Shown: piece after piece, positions 27,807 to 40,219 of the stretch
Layout of the letters: each line of letters begins with the position of its first letter
Position numbering within the stretch: the first letter of the stretch is position 1
Origin: Azolla caroliniana
Taxonomy: Eukaryota; Plantae; Polypodiophyta
Assembly: GCA_043228905.1 (NCBI GenBank)
Contig: JBHGNT010000021.1
Span: 3,224,001 to 3,288,000 of the forward strand
DNA: 64,000 bases
Reading direction: 5' to 3'
The notes under the pieces: model-generated
Database searches by the model: none
What the model was told of the DNA's origin: nothing
What the model saw: the letters and a program-made list of their open reading frames with translations, nothing else
Translations under genes and position numbers: made by a program

Positions 27807-30160
27807 GTCACATTGGTGCTATCGTGTGGCAGTGTATTCTTATTCACCATCAAGCACCTACTGGCCACGTGGCCAATGTCCAACCCGCAAAGCATCATAC
27901 AATCTCTATCACAAAACGGGTGCCCAACTTTGTCAAGCGCGGGTATAAGTCTTATACAGAACAAACCAACCCCCATAACCTCCACTTCCTTTTCTTTGCT
28001 CTCGTCCATAAGAATTATAAAAAACACAAAAGTTTGGCCTTCATAGAGAGAGTGAAAATAACGTAAACATATAATCGAGTGCGAATATTACGGATTCATG
28101 GAAGTGTAAGTGCGTGTAATCCCAATGATCAGCCCAAAAGGAAGGTGCACAACTAGTGACAAAGGACTTGATGCAATAAGTGTAGAGGACAAATGACTCA
28201 ATGTAAATGACATGGTGATCCCATCATCTTGATCACGAAAAGGCTAAGACAATAAGAGTTATAACATAAAAAACAAGGCAAAAAAAACATACCACTAGTA
28301 TATCGGTTGCAAGCATGCCTAGTGAGAGAGAAATGTGGTCACATTAAGGATATTAATGATGAGTTTGATTTGGTTAATCTTTGTTATCAATGTTTATAAT
28401 GCACAAGGTGAACCACAAGGGGTCTAGTCCGACCAGTTATATAGCCACACTCCAATTGACTAAGCTTCCTATGGGGGTGAAGGAGAGTAGATTGGGGATA
28501 GATTAACTTGAAAGGTGGCTCTAGTTCCTTGCACTATACCACTAGTTACCCAATTAAGTCACCCCTATCCAAAATGTCCATTGACAGTCTTCATCCATGT
28601 TTATCCTATAATCTAATTAATTACATATTTGATCACATTTGAATAAACTTGCTCGATGGCCAACAAGGCTTGATTTTGCTATAATGATAAATTTGGTTTT
28701 TGATATCATTCATATATTGTTTTAAGTGATTTTGTGTGAAAGAATGAGTGTGTCAGTGAGTCAATCCCCTTTAGGATTTGCATGCATATCATGATGAGAG
28801 AAGTGTTGAATGAGTAAGAAGATAAAAATAGAGAAAGGAGGATGATATATTATTTGAATCTCAATTGAGGACTCATATCTCAATAGAGCATGGCATGTGC
28901 ATTATCTCAATGGTTGCACATAAACACGGTGCATAAGTTCATATGAAGACAGTGTATGCAACATCATGATGTTGACATGGTCAATGTTTGTCACTAATAA
29001 TAAAGAGCAATAACAATGGTTATGAGTGCACCATGAATGATGAGAATATTCATCTCGTAGGTCACACAAAAAAGGGTGTAGTAGCCATGGATTTTTTAGC
29101 ATATGTTGGATCAATTTTTTTGTAGGTGGAGCATTCTCGAGTGGAGATTGAATTCATAACCACCTAATCACAATGACTTTATTTGTCAAAACAACACGCA
29201 TTCCTTCACTAGTTGAACAATATCAACCTCAGTGAACATAGCTCAATAGTTCTTAGGGAACACAAGGTAAAAAACACATGTTTGTGGCTAATATAGATAA
29301 TAGGATCACAAGTTCTAGCAAGGCAAGAAACTTGATAAATCAATAAAAAATAGTTGTAACCACGGGAGTTTATGGTAGAAAAAGTGGAACAAGAACTATT
29401 AGTCTAATTAGGAGCAAAGCCATAAGAACTTAGAACAAGACCAACGGGGAAGGTAGATGAAGTGAACAATAACTTAGATCGAAGACAAACGAAGTGAAGT
29501 GTAATTGGGAATGGAAGAGAAACAAAAACCAAAAGTGTGATCGAGGTGTAAAGTAAGAGAGGCCATAAAAGGTGAAACCAAATTATAGGAAAAAGTGAAA
29601 CTATATTCAAGAATGGAAATGAGACTAGAAGACGTGAAACCAAAATTAGAAGCGTAATTTAGGTGTAAATTAAGGGAGACCATAAAAACTAAAGTCAAGA
29701 GGAAGGATCAAGCTAGAAGAAATGAAGCACGATCAAGAAGGGAAGTGAAAGTCAAGAAGTCAAGCATGATCAATAATAAAACATGAAACTGCAAAAACTC
29801 GAGACAAAACTATGGGCAATCCAAAAGAAGTGAGACCAAACCCCATGAAGGATAAGCCATAAGAAGCGAAATAAAATCAAGCATGGAAATGAGACCAAAA
29901 AGAAGTGAAACCCGCGAGTGTGCAAAAAACTTGAAACAAAACTAGAGGGAAAGCCCGAAGAAGCGACATGTATTTAGAACCCATGAAGGATGATGAGGTT
30001 AGAAGAAGCAAAAGGAAAACCATAATCGAGAAGTGTGATCTAGAGTGAAGTCCTAGGATCCCCAGAAACAAAACAGAGGGAAGCCAAAAGAAGGGACACA
30101 AAATCAGAAAGAGATATGTAGATAGAAAGAAATATATATTAACGCCTTTTAAGAGGCCAA

Positions 30161-30350
30161 AATGTAACCGAGAATGAAGCTAGCCAGAGGGCTAGGATAG
30201 ATAGAAAGACAAATGTAACCGAGAACGAAGCTGACCAGAGGCCTATGATAGATAGAAAGACGAATGTAACTGAGAACGATGCTGGTCAGAGGCCTAGGAT
30301 AGATAGAAAGACGAATTTAACTGAGAACGGAGCCGATCAAAGGCCTAGGA
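30161..30350. repeat. 51-bp minisatellite (~3.7 units)
   Basis: aatgtaacYgagaacga.gct..cagaggcctaggatagatagaaagac units start at 30161, 30212, 30263 and 30314. Confidence 0.9.
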
Positions 30351-30596
30351 GCGAAACGATAGGGATCGGGGAGTGGGTAACGAACAACGGAATTGTGAGG
30401 AGGATTGGAACAGAAGAAGTGGAACCAAGTGAAGAAGATAACCTGGGCAGAGCACAATGAATCGAGATGAAGACAGAACATGGTGAAGAAGAAGCGAAGG
30501 TGTGGAGACCGTGTGAACTTGCTCAACATACATATACATATATTTATACTGTATACATACATACGTATAATATAATGAAGTGAACAGGGAGCAAAT

Positions 30597-30600
<4 letters not shown>

Positions 30601-30633
<33 letters not shown>
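30601..30633. repeat. (AG)n tract in the SPF30 promoter/5' region
   Basis: Directly visible. Confidence 0.9.
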
Positions 30634-30637
<4 letters not shown>

Positions 30638-30752
30638 ATGTAGAGACAGTGTGAACCTTCTTCTAGCTCTTTTTTTACAAGCCATTTTTGTTCTCGCGAG
30701 CGATCTTTCGTTCTCGCGAGCGAGCGAGGTGAACAGGGATCGATAGAACGCT

Positions 30753-33700
30753 ATGGCCGACATGGACGACGAAGAGCTCTCCATCGACGAACTCAGAACA
30801 AATCTCGAGAATTACAAGGAACAGCTGAAACAGGTATTTGTCTCTTATCTCCTCCTCTGCCTTTTGGTTTCTGTGTCGAACCCTGAATGTCTGTAGTATT
30901 TAGCGATGGCTTTAAAAGGAATAGGACGTCTTCAAAGATGAAGACGAAGACGAAGACGGAGTCGAGTAGGGAGAAGAAGAAGAAGAAGAAATGGGGGAGG
31001 TGTTTGAGGAAGAGATAACCATGGAAGGATTTCTGAGGAAGAAGCGGGGACCGAGTTCGAAGGAGGAGAAGAAGAAGACACCATGAAAAGTGTCTACGAG
31101 TAAATACAATCTTTAACATATGAGAATATTTGGGACTAAATTCGATAGTTTTTTTTTCTTTTCTATCTGCTGTTGTGTTTCTCGAATCAGAAAAGGCTGG
31201 GAAAAGTATCTGTAGAAGGAGAGGAAGAGAAATATTTACCTGATGACGGCTTCCAGGAACTGAACTTTAATAAATTTAAATGTTCTATCTGTGTTATTTT
31301 TCATGCAAAAGAAGCCATGGAAGAGAAAAATTTAGAAGTCATGGAAAACTATTTGAGGAAGGAAAACCTTTGAAAGATGGAAGAAATCATTGTCAAGTAG
31401 TGTTAAGTGAATTTTCATTGGTGTTTTATATCTATCGAGAGTTTTTTGCAAAAGAAGCCTCGGAAACGTATCTGAGGAAGATAAATAGAAGAAATCATGG
31501 AAAAGGATACGAGGAAAGAGATCTGGGACTAAATTTGATGGTTTGTTGTTGAATTTTTCTATCTACTGAGTGTTTCCTGCAGAAAAAGACCTGAAAGAGT
31601 ATAGGTGGAAGAACAATATTTAAAACATGGAAAGATTCATGGAAAGGTACATGTAGAAGAAAGAAAGATATGCAAATTTCATCTAAGAGGCCAAACTGGC
31701 CTACAAGAATTGGGAAATTAAATCTTAAAATAGATGATTAGCTGGGAGTGAATTTAAAATTTCGCCCATATTTTTCACTATCTACTGAGATTTTTTTGTA
31801 AATGAAGCCATTGAAAAATATACGAGAACAAGATAGCTTTAACAGATGGAAGAAGTCTCTAGAAATTGTCTGAGGAAGAGAATCTTTAATAAATGAGAGT
31901 TGTTAGGGACTGAAATTTATGGTTGGTTTTATTCTTGATCTACTCAGAGTTTTTTTTGAAGAAGCCACTGCAAACAAATGAGGAAGAGTTATCTTAAATT
32001 ATGAGAAAATTTGATGTAAAAGTGTATTGGGAAGTGGAATCTTTAACAGATGAGAGTTGCCGGAACTCCATGTAAAAGTATGCTAGAAAGAGCAATCTTT
32101 AACATACGAGAGTTAGTTGTTAGTGAATTTGTTTGGTTCGTTGGTTTTTATTCTATCTACTGAGTGTTTTGTGGCACTGTCCTTACTAATCACACCCTTT
32201 GTAAGTTAGTGAATGATGAATTTTCTGCTACTTTCTCCAGGTGGAGAAGCTTCTTGCTGCTGATCCTGGCAATTCGGAGTACGAAGGAATACGAATTGGC
32301 TTGCTAGAGGTAAGAATTAGGAAGGATTAGCGTCAAGTGATAAATCAAATAACAATATCTGATGAAGCAAGATCATTAGGGTTTTTCCGACGGGACAGGT
32401 GAATAGAATCCAAAATGACCTCCTGTGAAGGATTATGGGTGAGCAAAGGTACATTATGAATGCTTTGTCTTGCATTAACTTAAAGGTTCACATGAAAAAG
32501 GTACCTTACCTAACAACACCACATCATATACATCACAATAATGTAGCCCAGTTCAGTGTCCTAAGGAGTCACCAATGTTGTTCAAGCAGGGCAGCACGAT
32601 ATGACTTTTATTGGATTTCAATGCAAGGAGGGTTTATCTTCTCCAACTAATTTAGAAGCTGTGGTCTATTCTATCAGTTTCAGAGCCCTCTCTCCAGGAG
32701 AGTCATGGCTGAAGCTTAATATATATGAGGTTTCTGATGTTGTGTAGAAGCTAACTTGCTGGAAAAAGCACTCTGGCCTATGCATAAATGCAAGAATTTT
32801 GTAGTTGTTTACTGTTGTGCAAAAACTACTTACTCTGAAAGGTGTCAATGACTTTTTCTGGTTTGGATGAAGGTAATTGAGCTCACAGAAGATCTACTGC
32901 CGTCAGCAGATCATGAGGAGTCACCAAATTATCAGCTCAATGGTTTGGACTCACGTACACTAGGACAGGAGGTAAGAACTTAAGAACTGTGTCTATTATT
33001 CAAATTTGAATTTCAGGTGTCTAACTGAAAAAACTGGCTTCAGATATCTCAAAAAACGAGGTTTGCTGCTGGATCTAAGGTCCAAGCAGTTTGGAGTGCT
33101 GATGGTGAATGGTAGTGGAAAAAATGGTTTTTACTTTTATTTCCTTTTTTTAAGACTAATATTCAAGTGTATGCATTATGTGTCCATTATAGAAAGAACC
33201 AAAGCATGCATCAAGTTCAGGGAGAACCAAAACCAGATGCATCATCACTCTTTTGGTTCTGTTTTAGGTACGATGCTGTTGTTGAAGCTATCACCCCTCT
33301 TGGCTATTTAGTGGTTTTTGAAGGATGGGGTAACAAAGAGGAGGTGAGATAATCTCTTTTTCATATCTAATCTTTAAATTGAGAGGCTGAAATCAATGTT
33401 TGCCTCATCCCATGCAATATTTATATTGCATCCAAAATAGATATTAGGCTTTCTAAATGAAAAATGTGAGAAAAGCTATTAAGACAATAGTATGTAATTA
33501 TTGAAGAAAAAGAATACTAGGGTGAAATAGACGCACATCATGTATGATCCCAAGGTCTGGATCAATTTATGAATATTTTAGAAAGAGAAATCTTTATGGA
33601 TGAGGACAGCTCTTTGAGATTAGTCTCATCCTCCAGCATCTACTCTCTGTGCCAATATTGCTGGCTCCGAAGAGTTTAATAAGAATATTTCTAGGAAAAT

Positions 33701-36700
33701 GGCTCGACGAAGAAAGCAGCTACATCATCCAGACATGGACAACACACGAGAAGTAATCTGGAGTTTCACAAGATCATGAACAAAATTGTAATGGACAACC
33801 TAGATTTGCAGCTTGCAAGAAAATGCTGCCTTATTGCGTGAAACATCATTTCTGCTTTTCCTGCAGAAAACTTAAAACACTATAAGTTCTAAGCTTATAA
33901 AAAACCAGCCAGATGCCAACGTTATAGTGGAATGGAAGTTTAGAAGGCCATATGTCTGTGATGGAGACAACTTTTCAGTGACAGAAAACAGTACCAGAAA
34001 ACATATAGATAATGTTCACAAGACATCTTAAGTTAGCAGTCTAGAGCCTTAACATGAGAGCTTCTCTTCAAAGCCTACACTACAATAGATGATGAGGTCC
34101 TAGGATAATTTAACAGGCGATGTTTCCCATAAATATTTGGCCCTGCCATTTCGATGTTGGCAATATTACATATAACTTAACGGACAACTTAAAACTAAGT
34201 TTTGTGTCAATGCAAGCGTACTTAAGCAGTAAATAGAAAAAGGTAGAACTTTATACTTTAATTGTAATAACGCATGTTCAATAGGATCAAAACCAAGAGC
34301 AAAAAGAAAGTGGATCCTTGAGTATAGGCGGAGATGATGTGAGAGCATTGAACCTCAGGTTAGAACAAGAACTGGTTTTGTTAATTGTTGTACTTGGGAT
34401 TGTAAAAAGTGTGCGAAAGAGAGCCAACCTCTGATTGTAAGTTTTTAAAGAAATGGGTTACTGTTTTGCTTTGGGAGAATGCCACCTTTCCATGAGACCT
34501 TGCTATTGTGCATTGGGTGGACCTTTGCTGAGGCCAGTAGATCATCTGGAAATAGCCCAATGTAGATTGTCTTGTATCAGTATCTTCTCTATCATCAACC
34601 CATTCCATGTCCCTCCTTGGGCGAGGCATTGAAGGATTCCAAGAGCTTTGTGCCATTCAGCTTGTCTTGTAGCACCTGAAAACTAGCTTAGACTGCCTAG
34701 AAAGGGAAGAGCAATAATCCTTGGTAGACTTATAACTTAGGATTCATGGGATAAGATAGTAACTTGCTGTTGGACATGCCATAGTTACTATGTCCTTATG
34801 TGAGAAAGATCCCTCCTTTTGATTGCTAGACCTTCAGGAATTCCTGAAATGCCCCTCCTTGGGGTAGAAATTGAAGGTTTCCAAGAGCATTGTTTCATTC
34901 AGCTTGTCTTGGAGCACCTGAAAACTAGCTGAGACCGTCTGGAAAGAGAGAAAGAGCAATAATCCTTGGTTGACTGATAAGTTCGAATTTATGGGAGATC
35001 ACTAGTGACTTGCAGTTGGACATGCCATAGGTATCGAATACTTACGTGAGAAAGATTTTCCTCGTTTTGATTGCTTGCTAGGCCTTCACACTGGGAATTG
35101 CTGAAATCGTCCTACATTAATAATCACAAATATGTTCCTTTGGGCATTTCATAGTTTCTCTATCTTTTCATCAAACTATCTCTGATTAATGAATCAACCA
35201 GTAACACTGTCCATATTTTTGAATAAGTATGGGAAAGACAGCTGTTCTGGATTTGTATAGGAGGACTTCAAATCCAGGATTTAAAGATTTTACACATGGG
35301 GTATTCTGAGCTGTATATGCCATGCTTTTTATGTATAACTTTGATTGTCTTTTTGTAACACAAGTCAATTAGTGTGCCTGCCTTGAACATGGCCAAGACG
35401 TATAAAATTTATCTAACCTATAAGAACAAACCATGCTAACTTAAAGCGGAGAATATTGCTATGTTTCTGGTTTCGAGATCATTTTAGATTTATATTTATC
35501 TTCTGGGTATATTTCTTCTGTACACTTGTTGATTCTCATTGGATGATTAGTTCTGGTGATTAGTTTACATCCTTTGAAAATGTTTCAAAATAGTTTGTCA
35601 ATATCAGGTATTTGTTTCTGAAGCCATAAACATCTGAATCATTGTGCATAATCTGTCTGATTCTTGTGGACTACCAGTGCAGTTGACAAGATGCTTGTAA
35701 GGTCATGTTGTTAAAGTGATTGAGGGCTTTCTGAACAGGTTAATGCTGACAGAATACGAGAGAGAGGTGAGGTAAATGCCTTTTTCAATGCTGAAAAAGA
35801 AGCAGAGGCAGCTCGATTGGCACTGAAACGCAAGATTGCTCAGAGTGCTGAAGCAGAGATTGCCCCTAGGGGCTTGCCCACAAAATTACAGATAAAGCCA
35901 GATGACCCAGAAGATGTGGTAAGTTGTAATTTATTCAATGGAGGAACTCTGAAATACCTCAGGATTTTTTTGTATTTCTACAAAATGGCCAAATATTTTT
36001 GTTATTTCCCCAAATGCCCTTCGGCAACACCTAACGAGGAATCAATTGTGCAATTTGAGTAATTTCAGGCAGCTCATCCTAATTTTCTCAAATTGTCTAT
36101 TCATCTCCTTTTGCACTCTTTCGGGTGTTGATTAATAGGGTGTTCAGGGAAATAACGATAACTCGAGTATTTTCCTTCAATGTTCCATCTTTAAAGAGAT
36201 GCTATGCAGACAGCTTTGTTGATTGATGACTTACTTTGTTGATTGATGACTTAATTCAGAAAACTGCAAAACGGAAGAAAATCCACGCATTCAAATCACG
36301 GATGAGATTCGAGCAGATGGAATCAGCTCAGAATAAGAGACAGAATTCATGGCAACAGTTCCAATCCTCTAAGGGTAAATCTCGAAAGGTATAAGGGCAC
36401 AAAAGCTTAAAAAATGTGTTCATTGTTGTAAATAAGACAAAACTTTGATGCTTTTATTCCCTGGAACTTTTGGTTATCCATTGTTCGCTAATCTGAAGGT
36501 GCCTGAAAACTTTGTGAGCAAGTTTTTGTACTTTAATGATTTGTGGCTTTGCATTGTTTCTGCTTTTAACCTTTTCAGCCCAATTTCTGAATGGTGCTTG
36601 AAAATAGGTGATATCTTGTCAATATCTTATTTATCTATATATATTGTTGCAGGTTGGCTACTTCACTGGTGGGAAGCGTGAAAGTATATTCAAATCTCCT

Positions 36701-36811
36701 GATGATCCCAAAGGCAAGGTGGGGGTTACTGGCAGTGGTAAAGGTATAACCGATTTCCAGAAACGCGAGAAGTACCTGAATCTGAAAGTGGGAAATGAGG
36801 AAGAAGGGTAG
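30753..36811 (+). CDS. SPF30: Survival-of-motor-neuron-related splicing factor 30 (Tudor domain)
   Basis: 8 exons: 30753-30833, 32241-32309, 32873-32971, 33044-33111, 33268-33343, 35739-35918, 36260-36388, 36653-36811. Peptides LENYKEQLKQVEKLL, GSKVQAVWSADGEWYDAVVEA, QNKRQNSWQQF, ESIFKSPDDPKGKVGVTGSGKG. Confidence 0.93.
34611..35110. repeat. ~241-bp tandem duplication in SPF30 intron 5
   Basis: ccctccttggg..ttccaagagc..attcagcttgtcttg.agcacctgaaaactagct at 34611 and 34852. Confidence 0.85.
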
Positions 36812-38849
36812 GTATCGTGGATGGTAGTTCATTTCACTTTTCATGTAGAGTAGGGAGAGGGAAATCATTCTTCTTACAAGAGGGCAGACAGTGATATAAC
36901 CAGTTATATCCTCTTTATACACCTCTACAAAGTGTACATGCACAATCATTTTCCAAAATGGGCCTCTTCTGGTAAGACTTTTCATTCTCTTGTGAGTTCC
37001 CATGCTTCCATTTTATGAAAAATGCATTGTACTGTTGGTGAACCAACAACTTGCACACTTATCAATCTCAATGATCTTATTGTACATGGTGGTCAATGTT
37101 TGCCCCTCCTAGCAGGAGAAGGTATGTATTATGAACATGGTCTCTGATGCCATTTATAGTAAGACCATGAGGGTTTAATTGATGAATTAGTTACTAGCAT
37201 GGTTGTGTTTTTTAGAGGTGCTGGATTGTTTGTTTTGGCAATATAGAATGCATAAACCTCATCCTAACTCATAAGAAGGAAGGCTACCTAATGTTACATT
37301 GTGTAGTTACAAATGTGATGAAACCACGTGGAAACAATTGCCATTAATGACAAATAATTGTGTTCATTAGAGGTGTTGGGGTAATGACTGTTTTGGTGTG
37401 TAAAGATGATAACCTGTCTTAAACTCATAAGATTTTTTTTTGAAGCCAGTTGTATATTGTGGATTGGCCATGCGAGATGCCATGTGCTTAGTCCATGTGG
37501 CTGCTCATGAGGTCGCCATGTGTAAACAGTTAGGCGATATGAGCGCATGTATAGCCCGAATGTGCGCTTGTATTCGGTAATCTTTAAAAAATGACTCTCT
37601 TTTCCTTCTTGGAATAATACTCTTTCTTTCCTTTCGGCCTCTATAAAAGTGGAGCATTTGTACCACTATGATGACATCTTGGCAACGCAACTAGGATGAA
37701 GTAATGCTGTGGTTATACTCTCCAGTTGTGAAGCATTGATTGTATCATGCTTGGGAAATGTTGGGAGGTGCACCATTGTCATTATGCTGAATTCAAATAA
37801 ATCTTGGATGGACTAACTTCATTGTTTTGCGTTAACCACGTGTTTAATTACTGAATTAAATCCTAAAACCTTGCAATAGAAAACTTCAAAAGTTTATTGC
37901 ATCAAATTTGTTCTCCTATCTATGATGAGGTGATTTTTTAATAGATATGGAGGAGACTTTGTATGGTTGTAACTTGTTGGTAAGTCGAGTTTTTTTATTA
38001 AACCTTAGTAAACGTTGTAAACTTGAATCATCCTAATGAACGTTGAAGAAGAATTAAGACACCCAATGAATGTCAACAGAGCATTAAGATATCTAAGCAT
38101 AATATAAGATATATTTTTGTGAGCATTCAAAACAATTAATGTTAATGCATTGCCTCAAAAACATTTACTAATTGAAAATCTAACTCTTCTTGTGTTAAGA
38201 AAAAACAAGTCACAAAGAAGTACACATGCTAATGTGATGCATGTTCTAGCGTTACTTGTACTTGAGAACTAGTAGGTAAACAATATCCATTTATGAAGGA
38301 GCAAACTCAAATATTAATGATACACACAAATTGACATCTTAAAACAAGATGTGAGTTAAATTTGATTGCCACCAATAGCACAATTGAGGACATTACTAGG
38401 TTCTATAGATTAATAAACCTTAGATGTCCATAATAAACCTTAGATCTCCATGAAATTCATATGTAGAATATGCACATAGTTAGATACAAGTTTACAACTC
38501 AACAATGGGTAGGCCATAAACATTATTGTTTATCTTAAAAATTTGGATTTTGTGACCGATGCATTTGTGTTTAAGTTGTGTGTAACAAGAAAAGTAAGTG
38601 GTTGAAGTCGTTTATTATACTATTTTGAATTGTAAATAAAAGTTGGAATAATAGTGAATGCGGATAACTTATAAACAGAAATGTTCTCATTTACTAAGCT
38701 TTACGTAAGTATGTGCGATTACTAACCCTTTTCATGGAAAAGTGACATGAAACTTTTTGTTGAGCTAAATACTTGCCTTTTGTGAGCTTGATGTAGGTGA
38801 ATAGAAAAAGGTGGATTTCAAGTTAAATCTACCCGCTATTTAGAGCAAT

Positions 38850-39950
38850 TGTTCAATGTAGTACGGGGCCAAGACATCCAACTAAGAAACTACCCTACTT
38901 ATACATACAAGGGAGAACCAAATCATGCGGTGCAAAGCTTTAGATATATTGATATTGACGTTATAACAACATACAAACGGTGTGTATTTATGAGCCTAGA
39001 CTTCAAGTAGGTTGGAATAGTTATTACATGTTTGAGAATCAAAGCAACCAAAGTGATGCTCGAGGAAATGTAAGATTGATGCTATTTAATGCTATGGTGG
39101 TCCAAATGTTTGTTTATGGAGTACGATAGAGAAAATTTAGAAAACATGGGAAAATTTATAAGATGTTTGTAAATAGGCAATTAGGAGTTAAATCCTCTAC
39201 ATTCTATCAAGTTATGCTACTATAAATAAGTGATAGGCCCAAAGAATTGTCAGAATGAAAACGAGTATACAAGTATATTACAAAAGAAAAAAGTATACCA
39301 TATCTCAAATTGCCAAAGCTTCCATGGATCACATAATGCAAGACACAAAAAACTAATAAGAACAAAAACTTCTCATCTCATTGGGTGTAGACATAAACAA
39401 TGGATTAAAAGTTGGAGAGTGGAAGATTTATTGGAGCTCTTTAGTGACACTATGAAGTATGCCAAATCTTACTTTATGGAGTGAGATGGATAAAATACAA
39501 AAAACACAAGAAAATTCAAAACATGTTTGTAAATAGACAATTAGGAGTCAAATCCTCCACATCTTATCTATTTACAAACATGTTTGCTACTATAAAGTTT
39601 AAACAAGTGCTCGGCCCAAAGAGTTGTTAGAATGAAAAAGAGTATAATTGCCAAAACTTGTATGGATAATGGAACACATAATACAAGTGGCAAAAAACTA
39701 ATAGAGCGAAAACTTCTTGTCTCGTGGGGTGTAGAAGTAGACATCATGAAATGGTTCAAAAAATGGTGAGTGGAAGAGCCATTGGAGCTCTTGAATGATG
39801 CTATGAAGTATGTGATCATCACAAAAAGGCTAATGGTGGCATTAACAACAGAATGGTAATATGTTATGCTATCAAAATTGGAGCACCAACCTTGAATGTT
39901 GGACCCTATAAAAGGCAAGAATGCTAGAACATATCCAACTACATCTTACA
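38850..39950 (+). mobile_element. Highly degenerate RTE-like LINE remnant with internal duplication
   Basis: Decayed post-RT segment (LFNAMVV..YG-like). 39130-39480 is similar to 39490-39810. Confidence 0.45.
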
Positions 39951-40219
39951 ACCAGTTCTAGGCATAACCTTGCATACCAATTCTATAACCAAATTTAATG
40001 GGTCAAGGGTAAGATAACCAAGAAATTGGTCATCCTAGGAATCGAGAAACCCACATGGACCTAGATATAGGAACACGTTGTGGTCTAGGAACTTGAGGTA
40101 TTGGGTTATATAGAGGGGATTAGCTACCCCCTTCATTATGACATCTAGTGACGTTGAAACTCTATTGGTGAGGCCAAGCTCTCTTCTTTGAATTTTGTAT
40201 TTTTATTTTTTTTAAAGTC

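Noticed and set aside
28405-28600. Possible SINE or structured RNA (also 17342-17530)
   Set aside because: No convincing A/B boxes, TSD or second copy in the window.
30161-30350. Regularly spaced repeats resembling a CRISPR array
   Set aside because: Whole 51-bp units are homologous with no unique spacers; eukaryotic context and no cas genes.
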